Source: an uncultured Dysosmobacter sp. (GTDB taxonomy: Bacteria > Bacillota > Clostridia > Oscillospirales > Oscillospiraceae). From it: a stretch of 64,000 nt of DNA. A program made the translations under genes and the position numbers. This document shows, piece after piece, positions 47,763-57,297 of the stretch. The stretch is taken from the NCBI RefSeq assembly GCF_947631165.1, contig NZ_CANRKH010000001.1, positions 146,395-210,394 on the forward strand, given 5' to 3'. The notes beneath the pieces are model-generated. The model worked only from the letters and a program-made list of their open reading frames with translations, made no database searches and was not told the origin of the DNA. The number at the start of each line of letters is the position of its first letter. Within the stretch, counting starts at the first letter, position 1.

Positions 47763-49061
47763 ATGAAAAAGTTTCTAGTTATCATTTTGGCACTTTTCAT
47801 GCTAGTCAGTATGACCGCTTGTGGCAAAGCACCTGCGGGAGAACCTGTTGCTGAACCAGAGAAGCCGGCTGACGTTGCGTACAACACAGAAGTAGAACCC
47901 TTCAGGGTCGCTGTGTTTATCGCACTAACTGGCGCAAACGCAAACTCTGCTGTTTTCCAGATTCAGGCTCTTGACCTAGCTGTTGAGCAAATCAATAATC
48001 ATGGCGGCATTGAGGGTCTGGATGGTGCCCCCATCGAACTAGTGTATTGCGATAACATGAGCGATGCTAATGCAATGAAGACTGTTGTTGAAAACGCGCT
48101 GGAGGATGAGTCAATTAATTTTGCTATGTTCCCGCTGGCTTCTACCTATACCGCACCTGCAATCGCCACTCTGTCTAAGCTGCAGTGTCCCGCTTTGACC
48201 ACTTCTCAGGCTGACTCCATCTTTGATCAGGGTTGCGACTACATCTATGGTATTGCACAGGTTTCCTCTAAGGCCGCTGCTGTTACAACCCAGTTCGTTT
48301 CTTATCTGGCCGAAAAGTACGGCGTAGATACTTCCAGAATCGGCTGCGTCGCCGTTGACAATGATTATGGCCGTATGAACATGGAAACTTTTGAAAAAAG
48401 ATATAGTGCGATGGATGGCTATGAGCTGATTTACTCCGAAGCATATCCTGCAGATACTGCCGATATGTCCTCTATTGTTACTGCTCTGAAAAACAAGGAT
48501 GTCCAGCTGCTCCACTCCATCAATTTGGATCAGGATGGCAAATTGTTTTTTGCCACTATCAAAGGTATGAATTACAATCCCTTGGTTATCGGTGGTGGTT
48601 CCGGCATTATGTACCCCACTTTCATTGAGGCTTGCGGTCCTGTCCTGGAAGGGGTCCTGTCCGGCACTCATACCAACCCCAACGCTTCCAACACAGAAGA
48701 CGATGAGATGTTCCAGGAACTGAAAGCGATGTGCTACGATAAATATGGTCACTATGGCGGTGAGTTCTTGGTCTCTTACTACTCTCAAATGCAGGTGCTA
48801 CACCAGTTGCTGAACGAGACTAAGTCTTATGACCGTCAGGTCAACAACAAAGCCATGAAAGAACTGGAATTCCATACCCTGTTCCCGAAAATCGATGCTG
48901 ATGGCAACTACACAGATATCCAGTATTTCGATGAGAAGGGCACCAGCCCCAACTCTACCACTGAGATGGCTCAGTTTCAGTATGATGCCAATGGCGAACT
49001 GTGGCCTACCTGCGTATATCCTGAAGCCCTGGCATCTGCCGAGATTCAGTGGAACAGATAA
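47763..49061 (+). CDS. Liv-type (HAAT family, Peripla_BP_6-like) substrate-binding lipoprotein, ligand unknown
   Basis: 432 aa. Lipobox VSMTAC. Followed by LivHMGF-like genes. Confidence 0.8.
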   Translation: MKKFLVIILALFMLVSMTACGKAPAGEPVAEPEKPADVAYNTEVEPFRVAVFIALTGANANSAVFQIQALDLAVEQINNHGGIEGLDGAPIELVYCDNMSDANAMKTVVENALEDESINFAMFPLASTYTAPAIATLSKLQCPALTTSQADSIFDQGCDYIYGIAQVSSKAAAVTTQFVSYLAEKYGVDTSRIGCVAVDNDYGRMNMETFEKRYSAMDGYELIYSEAYPADTADMSSIVTALKNKDVQLLHSINLDQDGKLFFATIKGMNYNPLVIGGGSGIMYPTFIEACGPVLEGVLSGTHTNPNASNTEDDEMFQELKAMCYDKYGHYGGEFLVSYYSQMQVLHQLLNETKSYDRQVNNKAMKELEFHTLFPKIDADGNYTDIQYFDEKGTSPNSTTEMAQFQYDANGELWPTCVYPEALASAEIQWNR

Positions 49062-49099
49062 AGCAGTTTATCCGGTAAGATTATAGCAGGGGAAGGACC

Positions 49100-49497
49100 C
49101 TTCTCCCGCTATTTTCTAAGGAAGAGAGCTAAACAAAACCATCCAAAAGAAAAGCGGGGACGGGTCCGCAGATGAGACGGGGCGTAGACAAGCAAAAAGG
49201 CGTGCGCAGACCATCACTTTTTTCGAAAAGCCCTGCCATCCAGTTGCCGCTCTGGGCTGTGCGAAGTCCAGATACGTAAGCAGTTTGTCGTAGAACACAG
49301 CGGCACTTTAGGATGTAAACAGTGTCACGTCCCGAATAATTTCCTGTCGGTAGGTAGTGGCAATCCCTTTCTGGTAGAGTTTTCTCACAAGTCAATTTTA
49401 CCAGAAAGGGTCCCGCTTTCTACAATATTAGAGTGTCTTTATGGTTTTAGCCATGGCCGGAATCCCTTGTTATTATTGTAGCGCTTTGCCCATGGCT
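49100..49497 (-). mobile_element. Degenerate transposase-like repeat, copy A
   Basis: 49261-49497 aligns by eye at ~75% identity with 55862-56105. The minus-strand translation parallels copy B (..STRKGL..YRQEIIRDV..SAAVFYDKL..ADPS..) but carries stops and a 1-nt deletion. Confidence 0.65.
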
Positions 49498-49522
49498 ATC
49501 TAGGGGAATTTTGAGAGGTGAA

Positions 49523-50404
49523 ATGACGATGGGTTGGGCAATTTTTCAATCTTTGGTAAATGGCATACTTATGGGAGGTACATACGCGTTGCTTGCCGTC
49601 GGAACGACAATTATTTTTGGTGTCATGCGTATGATCAACTTTGCCAGCAGCGCATTCATCATGCTGGGAATGTACGTTGCATGGTGGGCATGCAATCTGT
49701 TTCATGCAGGCGTATACGTTACACTTCCGTTCTCTGTTTTGGTCTTGGCGATATTGGCCTACCTTAGCTTTAAGCTTGCAATTGAAAAGGTAATGTTTCG
49801 AGATGCAGCGTCAGTTATTATCGTTACAATCGGTTTGATGTACGTGTTGCAGAACATCACTCTTATGATATTTGGCACAACTCCTCTAAACATTTTCTCT
49901 GATTTACGTATGAAATTCTATACGGTTTTAGGCATTACCACTCAAGCAATTCGTCTGATTTCTTTTGGCACATCAGTACTGTTGACCGTTATACTGGCAC
50001 TTGTAATCAATAAAACTTCTTATGGCAGATGCATGCGTGCAACCTCAGAAAGTCAGGAGATCGCTCAGATTTTAGGTGTGAACGCAAAGTTTGTATTTAT
50101 CTCCGCATGGATTATTGGTATTGTGCTTACGGGCATCGCAGGAACAATCATGTCCCCGCTGTATAACATTACAATTGGCGTCGGCAGCATTTTTGGATCC
50201 ACAGCTCTTATTGCCATTGTCTTAGGCGGTATGGGTGATATCAGGGGCGCATTTATATCCGGTATCGCGCTGGGCATTGTAGAGGCATTAGTCAGCGTGT
50301 TCGTTGCTCCTGAGTTAGGTCAGTCCGCAACATTCATCTTGTTCCTGGTGGTTATGAGATTCAAACCTCAGGGCCTGTTTGGGAGGGGGGAGCGTGTAGC
50401 ATGA
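49523..50404 (+). CDS. HAAT-family ABC permease (LivH-like)
   Basis: Polytopic membrane protein with MRMINFAS. ATG at 49523 or 49529 follows GAGAGGTG. Confidence 0.85.
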   Translation: MTMGWAIFQSLVNGILMGGTYALLAVGTTIIFGVMRMINFASSAFIMLGMYVAWWACNLFHAGVYVTLPFSVLVLAILAYLSFKLAIEKVMFRDAASVIIVTIGLMYVLQNITLMIFGTTPLNIFSDLRMKFYTVLGITTQAIRLISFGTSVLLTVILALVINKTSYGRCMRATSESQEIAQILGVNAKFVFISAWIIGIVLTGIAGTIMSPLYNITIGVGSIFGSTALIAIVLGGMGDIRGAFISGIALGIVEALVSVFVAPELGQSATFILFLVVMRFKPQGLFGRGERVA

Positions 50405-51426
50405 TTAATGATACTCTGAAAGGGCAGTTTTTTAAGAAGAGCACATTATTTGTATTGATTCCTGTTTTTCTGGTTGCACTCCTACTTCCTATGGTATTTA
50501 ACTCATTTTACATTATGTCCGTGCTGATTAACTGCCTGTTGTTTGCCTCTATGGGGTATGCTTGGAACCTTATTTCCGGCTATGGTGGCATGGTCTCCAT
50601 CTGTCACGCAGGATTCATTGCAATTGGGGCATACACGTGTTTCTTGATGTATATCAATTTTGGCATATCTCCGATTTTGTCCATGCCAATCGGAATACTG
50701 ATCTGCTATATCTTTGCTACGATCATGGGTCGGATTACTCTGAAATACAGAGGGCCGTTCTTTTCAATCAGCACTATAGTGTTTATTGAATTGTTTAGAA
50801 CCATGTTAATGTATTTCAAAGATATCACTAATGGTTCTTCGGGACTGGTCATTCCTTATTCCGAACCAGACCCACTGAACCTGCTATTTCCGAATAACGT
50901 TCCGTATTATTACATTGCTTTGGTGGTATTGCTTCTTTGTATGCTTGTATGCTGGCTTTTTATCAACTCCAAATCTGGCTACTACCTGCGTACGATCAAG
51001 GGCGATCAAGATGCCGCAGAGTCCTTAGGCATTGACGCGATGAGGGTTAAACTTCGCTCCTTTCAGTTGAGTGCTGTTATGACATCCGTAATCGGCGCTG
51101 TGTATGCACTGTTCTTTACCTACATTGAGCCGGCCACCATCTGCTCCATGGATCTGTCTATCAAAATCTGCTCTATCGTAATTATTGGAGGTATAGGTAC
51201 TTTCTTTGGCCCTCTGATTGGTGCGTTTGTATTGATTCCCTTGAGTGAGGTGGCATTGAGAGTATTCCCTGATGGCGGTGCGCAATTGTTCTATGGACTA
51301 GGTCTGATTATCATTATCCTGGTGCTGCCAGGCGGCATTGAATCCTTGTTCTCTAAACATCTCATTCCATATATCAGGAAGAAGAAAACCCTTTGTAACA
51401 AGGACAAGGAGCGTGATGTATCATGA
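50401..51426 (+). CDS. HAAT-family ABC permease (LivM-like)
   Basis: 341-aa membrane protein. ATGA overlap with the upstream gene. Confidence 0.85.
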   Translation: MINDTLKGQFFKKSTLFVLIPVFLVALLLPMVFNSFYIMSVLINCLLFASMGYAWNLISGYGGMVSICHAGFIAIGAYTCFLMYINFGISPILSMPIGILICYIFATIMGRITLKYRGPFFSISTIVFIELFRTMLMYFKDITNGSSGLVIPYSEPDPLNLLFPNNVPYYYIALVVLLLCMLVCWLFINSKSGYYLRTIKGDQDAAESLGIDAMRVKLRSFQLSAVMTSVIGAVYALFFTYIEPATICSMDLSIKICSIVIIGGIGTFFGPLIGAFVLIPLSEVALRVFPDGGAQLFYGLGLIIIILVLPGGIESLFSKHLIPYIRKKKTLCNKDKERDVS

Positions 51427-52142
51427 GTGAGATTTTGACAATCAAGGATCTATCTATATCGTTTGGCGGAACAAAGGCAGTTCAACATCTCAGCTTTAAT
51501 GTAAATGAAGGCGAAATCTTGGGTATGATTGGCCCCAACGGTTCTGGCAAGTCCACCACAATCAATCTTATTACCGGCGTTTATAAAATGGATTCCGGTG
51601 AGATTTTCTTTGACGGGAAACCTATCACAAATAAGATGGACGTGAAAGATCGCGCACGTATGGGTCTGGGCAGAACGTTCCAAACGCCAAAGCCTTTCGG
51701 TCACATGACGGTCTATGATAATATTCTGGCGATTGCCTTGCAGAAGTACAACTTTAAAGAAGCAAGAGTGCACACGGAAGAGATCCTAAAAATCACTGAG
51801 TTAAATAGCGTTCGGGATTTGTTAGGAGCAAAGTTGCCTATTGAGCAACGCAAATGGTTGGATTTTGCAAGGACCTTGGCCACGGAACCTAAACTGGTAA
51901 TGATGGACGAGGCCTTGAGCGGCCTGAATATCACGGAAATGAACGAGAGTGTGGAAATGATAAGACGCATCAATAAGGAGCTGAACCTGACCATAATCTT
52001 TATTGAGCATGTGATGAAAGCAATAGTATCTCTGTGTGATAGAGTTCTGGTTTTGAACGAAGGCACATGGCTGGCAGAGGGCAAGCCAGAGGAAATTCTA
52101 GCAAAGTCCGAAGTCATTCAGGCGTACATAGGAGGAGAATGA
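51423..52142 (+). CDS. HAAT-family ABC ATP-binding protein (LivG-like)
   Basis: GPNGSGKST, GRTFQTPKPF and MMDEALSGLN motifs. 239 aa, without the insertion seen in the core livG. Confidence 0.88.
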   Translation: MSEILTIKDLSISFGGTKAVQHLSFNVNEGEILGMIGPNGSGKSTTINLITGVYKMDSGEIFFDGKPITNKMDVKDRARMGLGRTFQTPKPFGHMTVYDNILAIALQKYNFKEARVHTEEILKITELNSVRDLLGAKLPIEQRKWLDFARTLATEPKLVMMDEALSGLNITEMNESVEMIRRINKELNLTIIFIEHVMKAIVSLCDRVLVLNEGTWLAEGKPEEILAKSEVIQAYIGGE

Positions 52143-52852
52143 TGGGGGAGATTTTACGTATTGATAACCTATGTGCAGGCTATGGCGATTTGCAGGTGCT
52201 TTTTGACGTAAACCTGCATGTTAACGAGGGTGAGATTGTGTCTCTGGTTGGCTCAAACGGCGCAGGAAAAACAACGCTTCTGCGTTTGATCTCTGGCCTG
52301 GAGAAAATCAAGAGTGGTACCATTACCTATCGGGGAGAAGATCTTTCCAAGTATAAGCCTTATCAGCGTGCGTCTCTAGGTATTTCACATATTCCTCAAG
52401 GCAGAGGTATTCTCAGAAAGTTATCTGTCAAAGAAAACTTGGCGTTGGGTGGGCTAAATAAAAACGCTGCCAATGTCAACGAAAAAATTGAAGAGGCTTA
52501 TGTGAGATTCCCTATTCTGAAGGAGCGCCAAAATCAGGTAGCTGGTTCTCTGAGTGGCGGTGAGCAACAGATGCTGGCCATTTCCAGAGCATTGATTATG
52601 AATCCCAAGATTATTATCATGGATGAACCGTCTATGGGCCTTGCCCCCATCGTGGTGAAAGAGGTTTTCAATATCATTAAGAATCTTGCCGACAGCGGAT
52701 TGTCTATTTTGTTGATTGAGCAGAATCTTGTCCAGGCTTTGGGTGTTGCCCACCGCGGCTATGTCATTGAAACCGGACGCATTGTGATGGAAGGCGGCGG
52801 TAAAGAACTTCTTGCGCGAAAAGATATCCAGACTGCTTATCTGGGCATTTAA
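52139..52852 (+). CDS. HAAT-family ABC ATP-binding protein (LivF-like)
   Basis: Start at MMGEILRI overlaps the upstream stop. Motifs GSNGAGKTT, LSGGEQQMLAISRAL and IIMDEPSMGLAP. Confidence 0.88.
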   Translation: MMGEILRIDNLCAGYGDLQVLFDVNLHVNEGEIVSLVGSNGAGKTTLLRLISGLEKIKSGTITYRGEDLSKYKPYQRASLGISHIPQGRGILRKLSVKENLALGGLNKNAANVNEKIEEAYVRFPILKERQNQVAGSLSGGEQQMLAISRALIMNPKIIIMDEPSMGLAPIVVKEVFNIIKNLADSGLSILLIEQNLVQALGVAHRGYVIETGRIVMEGGGKELLARKDIQTAYLGI

Positions 52853-52955
52853 GGCATCCATTGACCAATCAATCATTCTGGGCTTTGCTATTAGAAAACG
52901 TGATTATATTTTAGACTCTGTGCTGAAAATGCCTCAAAAGAGCCATATTTTCAAT

Positions 52956-52989
52956 CCCCAAAGGCAGGTGGTTGCGTCTGCCTTTGGGG
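52956..52989. terminator. 12-bp stem-loop after the island ABC operon
   Basis: CCCCAAAGGCAG...CTGCCTTTGGGG, a perfect stem. There is no clear U-tract, so terminator function is uncertain. Confidence 0.45.
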
Positions 52990-53341
52990 CAAGCATAGCT
53001 CGATCACGCTTGCCAACCCATCTTATGGAATAATTTTGCCGATGATCTCCAGAAATTTTTCCTGCTTCGTTTTCTTCTTGGGTAGCTATACGCAATATTG
53101 TGATGCACAGTGAGCGAATCGGAGTTTTACTTGCCCTAGCTTTAATGAATTCATCACATCTGTTTCCTATCTGGCAGTGTGGGTTAAATCAAAGTCTCCT
53201 TCAGTATTTTTGCGGCTATTTGGGTTGCCTTTGCTTGCCAAGCCACAACTCCCAAATGAGCACTGGCTTAATATTGGTGCAAGAGGAGGATCATCTGCAA
53301 AACGGCTGCTCCTCTTCTGGTTAATCAGAATAGGAGGAAAT

Positions 53342-54346
53342 ATGTCAAAGTTTACAAATTGGCCGAAGGTGGAACTTCATCGCCACATTGAAGGCAGTAT
53401 GCGAGTGAATACTTATGTTGAGCTTGCCAGAAAAAACGGCGTTGAAATGCCTTCTTGGGAAAAAGATTTTATCCGGCGGGAGATCGAACTGAGAGAGGAT
53501 GCGCCTCGGGATTTCTCTGGTTTTATCCGCGCTTTTACCTATCTTCGTGCCGTGTTGAAAGATAAGGAAGCGTTCACCAGAATTATTATCGAATGCATTG
53601 AGGATGCGGCAAAAGAGAATATCAAATATCTGGAGCTGCGCTTTAATCCCGGGGCACTGGTGAAAAATGGGATTCCTTACGAAGATATCATTTCCTCAGT
53701 GCATGAAGGTGTTCGCTATGGAGAAGCGCATAACGATATCCGTATTGGTATGATCGGTATCATCGGCCGAGATATGCCTCCTGAACTGTGCGAAAAGGCG
53801 ACTGAATTTTGCGTCAAATATGCTCATAACGGCATTGACGGCATTGATTTGGCCGGAGCAGAAACCAATTCTCCGACACCATTTAAACCCTATTTCGATT
53901 GTGCAAGAAATGCCTCCCTGTTCGTGACAAACCATGCCGCAGAAATTTACGCACCCACCAACATTATCGAATCGATTGAACAGAATAACGCTATCCGCAT
54001 CGGACATGCAACACGGGTCATGCAATCTGCAGAGGCGCTTCAGTGCTTAAAGAATCACCAAGTATTGGTAGAGGGATGCTTGATAAGCAATATTTTTACT
54101 GGAGCAATTGATAAAATTGAGAACCACCCGTTGCACGAACTATACAAGATGGGAATTCCCGTTTTGATGAATACCGACGACCCTGCTGTTTTAGGAGAGA
54201 TTGCACTGGAAGATGAGTATCAGATTGCACAGGATGTACTGGGCTTTACAGACGAAGAGATTCAAAATACGATCATCAGAAGTCTTGATTACATTTTCAG
54301 ACCTGAATTAAAAAAAGAGTTACTTCCAAAATTTGTATTTTCGTAA
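53342..54346 (+). CDS. Adenosine/adenine-deaminase-family zinc amidohydrolase (substrate unknown)
   Basis: Start follows TAGGAGGAAAT. Motifs: ELHRHIEGS (HxH), GIDLAGAE, NHAAE (HAGE equivalent), RIGHA, EGCLISN and NTDDP. Confidence 0.8.
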   Translation: MSKFTNWPKVELHRHIEGSMRVNTYVELARKNGVEMPSWEKDFIRREIELREDAPRDFSGFIRAFTYLRAVLKDKEAFTRIIIECIEDAAKENIKYLELRFNPGALVKNGIPYEDIISSVHEGVRYGEAHNDIRIGMIGIIGRDMPPELCEKATEFCVKYAHNGIDGIDLAGAETNSPTPFKPYFDCARNASLFVTNHAAEIYAPTNIIESIEQNNAIRIGHATRVMQSAEALQCLKNHQVLVEGCLISNIFTGAIDKIENHPLHELYKMGIPVLMNTDDPAVLGEIALEDEYQIAQDVLGFTDEEIQNTIIRSLDYIFRPELKKELLPKFVFS

Positions 54347-54367
54347 CTCAACATGCTAGGAGGAACT

Positions 54368-55558
54368 ATGACAAAAGCATTAGAAGGAATTAGAGTTATT
54401 GATCTTGGGCGATATATTGCAGCGCCTTATGGCGCCATGATGATGGCGGACATGGGAGCGGATGTTATCCGCATAGATAAGCCCGGTGGAGAACCAGATC
54501 GTCGTCTGCGCCCCTTCGTTGAGGGGACCAGCATCTATGCACAGACATTTAATAGAAATAAACGATGCATAACCCTGAATTTGAGAACTGAGGAAGGCAA
54601 GCAATACCTGATTGAAATGATTAAGAAAGCGGATGTCCTTATTAATAATTTCAGGCCCGGTATCATGGACAGTATGGGCTTGTCCTTTGAAAAAATTCAG
54701 GAGTTAAACCCCAGAATGATCGTTGCCAGTATTTCCGGCTTTGGCCAGAAGGGTCCGTTAAAAGATCGGGCCGCATTTGACGGAATTCCCACTGCCATGG
54801 CAGGGGTTATGTATGAAAATTTTTCCTACGGCAAGGGTCCCAAACCTTTTGGTACGCCTGTGGCCGATGTAACTACTGCATACATCAATCTTATCGCTAT
54901 TCTCATGGCATTGTTGCAGAGAGAAAAAACCGGCAAGGGGCAATATATTGACACAGCAATGACGGACTGTATGGTACCCTATCTGGAATCCATGATCCCG
55001 ACATATTTTGTAAACGGCCCAACTCCAAATTTTGGGAAGCGCAACGGCGGCGACCCTACCTCTGCACCGGCCAATGTTTTCAAAGCCAGCGACGGCTACG
55101 TATATATTCATGCTGGTATTAGTGCACATTATATACTGCTGGCTGATATGATCGGTGATGAGCGGCTAAATCGGCCGGAGTACCGGGATCAAAATTACAG
55201 ACGCGACCACTTTGAAGAAGTAGAAGCTGTGGTAGGCGAATGGGTTGCAAAACATACTGCCAAGGAAGTGGAAGATGCGGTATCAGCTTTAGGAATTCCC
55301 ACTTCGAAGTTGAATACCATCGGCGATCTACTGGAGTCCGATTACGTGAAATCTCGCAATCAGATTATATGGATGGAGGTCCCTGGCATTGAGGGGAAGT
55401 ATCCTTTCCCAGGGAGCCCGCTAAAACTATCCGATTGCATGGTGGACACATATAAGTCATGCGGTGTAGCGGGTTGTGATAACGATGAGGTATTCAAAGA
55501 TATCTTCGGCCTGGACGAGGCGAAGATTGCGGAATTAAGAGAAAAAGGAATCATTTAA
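54368..55558 (+). CDS. Type III (CaiB/BaiF/Frc-family) CoA-transferase
   Basis: Start at MTKALEGIRVIDLGRYIAAPYGAMMMADMGADVIRIDKP follows AGGAGG. Contains ISGFGQKGP...AAFD, carrying the catalytic-Asp region. Confidence 0.85.
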   Translation: MTKALEGIRVIDLGRYIAAPYGAMMMADMGADVIRIDKPGGEPDRRLRPFVEGTSIYAQTFNRNKRCITLNLRTEEGKQYLIEMIKKADVLINNFRPGIMDSMGLSFEKIQELNPRMIVASISGFGQKGPLKDRAAFDGIPTAMAGVMYENFSYGKGPKPFGTPVADVTTAYINLIAILMALLQREKTGKGQYIDTAMTDCMVPYLESMIPTYFVNGPTPNFGKRNGGDPTSAPANVFKASDGYVYIHAGISAHYILLADMIGDERLNRPEYRDQNYRRDHFEEVEAVVGEWVAKHTAKEVEDAVSALGIPTSKLNTIGDLLESDYVKSRNQIIWMEVPGIEGKYPFPGSPLKLSDCMVDTYKSCGVAGCDNDEVFKDIFGLDEAKIAELREKGII

Positions 55559-55559
55559 T

Positions 55560-56105
55560 ATCGAGAGATGAGCAAAGCTGCCCAAAGGCACTCCTGCCCA
55601 GAAGCTTTAAATTGGGAGTCGTGGCATCCGCAGTCCGTGCGCGGAGCATAAGTCTACTTGAATCGGGGACATTCTCGGTCAATAGAAAGCCTGTAGTCAT
55701 CAGGAATCGTTTTGTATTGGATTCAGCCCCGGTTTTTCTTCCCATTGTTCCAGTTTTGTGGTACAGGGCACAGTCTGGGTCGGCTTTGGAGTGGTTTTCC
55801 GACTTGAACTTATCCCTGGAAAAGGATCTTGGATTGTTCTGTTTTGTGTTCGCGGCAACGAGCGTAGCGTTCAGACCGGTAAACAGCTTGCCGCAGAATA
55901 CTGCGGCACTTCGGGATGTGAACGGAATCACGTCCTGGATAATTTCCTGTCGGTAGATAGCGGCCAGTCCCTTTCTGGTTGAGTTTTTTCGCGAGTCAAT
56001 TTTACTAAAAAAGGTCCCGCTTTTCACAATGTGGAGTGAATTCCGGTTTTAGCCATGGCCGGGATCCCTTACTATTACTGTGTTTTTAGAGTTTTTCTCA
56101 TGGCT
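55560..56105 (-). mobile_element. Degenerate transposase-like repeat, copy B (158-codon ORF still open)
   Basis: Minus-strand ORF 55551..56027 reads ..LVAANTKQN....SKADPDCALYHK...TTGFLLTENVPDS. This resembles the region around the DPDA/first DDE block of IS5/IS1182-type transposases, but it is far too short. Confidence 0.55.
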
Positions 56106-56133
56106 GTTTAACATCTAATATCGGAGGGATACC

Positions 56134-57279
56134 ATGGATTTCGAATTGACAAAAGCGCAGGAGCAGTTCAGGAAAACGATACGCGGGTTCACAGAGAATG
56201 AAATCAGGCCGATAGCAGGTGCTGTGGATCGCTATGAAGCTACCGTCGACGACAACATAAAAAAGCTTGCCGCGTTGCATATCAACGGCATTGCCATCCC
56301 CGTCGAAGAGGGTGGCGCAGGTGGCGATCATGTCTGCTATGCTATTGCCTGCGAGGAAGTGGCCAAGGCATGTACGTCCACTGCAACCCTGGTGAGCGCT
56401 AAACTGGCTGGCCTTCTTATTGAGATGCTCTATTACTACGGCACTCCAGCGCAAAAGGAAAAATATCTTCAGCCCTTCTTGCAGGGTGAGTTGGAAGGGT
56501 GTTTCGGCCTAACTGAGCCGGAAGCGGGATCTGACCCCGGTCGTCTGTGTACTACGGCGATAAAAGATGGCAGCAACTATATCATTAATGGCACGAAGAC
56601 ATTTATCACCGGCGCCCCTCTGGCGGATTTTGCTATTGTGATGGCATCTACCAATAAGAGTTTGGGGACCAAAGGCATCACTGCATTCCTGGTTGACTGC
56701 GATACTCCAGGCTTCTCAAAAGGAAAACCGGAACAGAAGATGGGCCAGCGCGGCTTGCCTGTGGGCGAGTTGATCATGAAGAATGTCGTGGTTCCTGAAA
56801 CAGCAATTATTGGTAAAGAGGGCATGGGTTTTCGCTTGGCCATGAAATCTCTGGACTGTGGCCGTTTAGGCATTGCTTCTGTGGCACTTGGTATTGCTGA
56901 AGGCGCATATGAAGCAGCTGTGAAGTATTCCAAGGAGCGTGTTCAGTTTGGTGCACCGATTTGTAATAATCAGGCCATTCAGTTCATGTTGACTGATATG
57001 AAGATGCGTATTGATGCCGCACAATTGCTGGTATATCGGGCAGCCGTATCTAAGGATAAGGGTAGTTCATCGTTCCCCTTTGAGGCATCAATGGCAAAGG
57101 TATATGCATCTGAAGTAGCAATGTTTGTCACAACAAAAGCCGTTCAGATTCACGGAGGCTATGGTTACATGAATGACTATCCTGTAGAACGTATGATGCG
57201 TGATGCGAAGCTGACAGAAATTTACGAGGGCACCAGCGAAATCCAACGTATGGTTTTGGCTAGAACGATCTTAAAATAA
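56134..57279 (+). CDS. Butyryl-CoA-dehydrogenase-like acyl-CoA dehydrogenase
   Basis: 381 aa. MDFELTKAQE..., GLTEPEAGSD and C-terminal RDAKLTEIYEGTSEIQRMV closely parallel clostridial Bcd from memory. Confidence 0.88.
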   Translation: MDFELTKAQEQFRKTIRGFTENEIRPIAGAVDRYEATVDDNIKKLAALHINGIAIPVEEGGAGGDHVCYAIACEEVAKACTSTATLVSAKLAGLLIEMLYYYGTPAQKEKYLQPFLQGELEGCFGLTEPEAGSDPGRLCTTAIKDGSNYIINGTKTFITGAPLADFAIVMASTNKSLGTKGITAFLVDCDTPGFSKGKPEQKMGQRGLPVGELIMKNVVVPETAIIGKEGMGFRLAMKSLDCGRLGIASVALGIAEGAYEAAVKYSKERVQFGAPICNNQAIQFMLTDMKMRIDAAQLLVYRAAVSKDKGSSSFPFEASMAKVYASEVAMFVTTKAVQIHGGYGYMNDYPVERMMRDAKLTEIYEGTSEIQRMVLARTILK

Positions 57280-57297
57280 TATAGGGGTGGTTTGATT

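Noticed and set aside
53100-53324. 74-aa plus-strand ORF and the overlapping N-terminal extension (53177) of the ADA-like gene.
   Set aside because: There is no RBS and the sequence is Cys/Leu-rich nonsense. The ADA-family motif block starts right after the strong-SD ATG at 53342.
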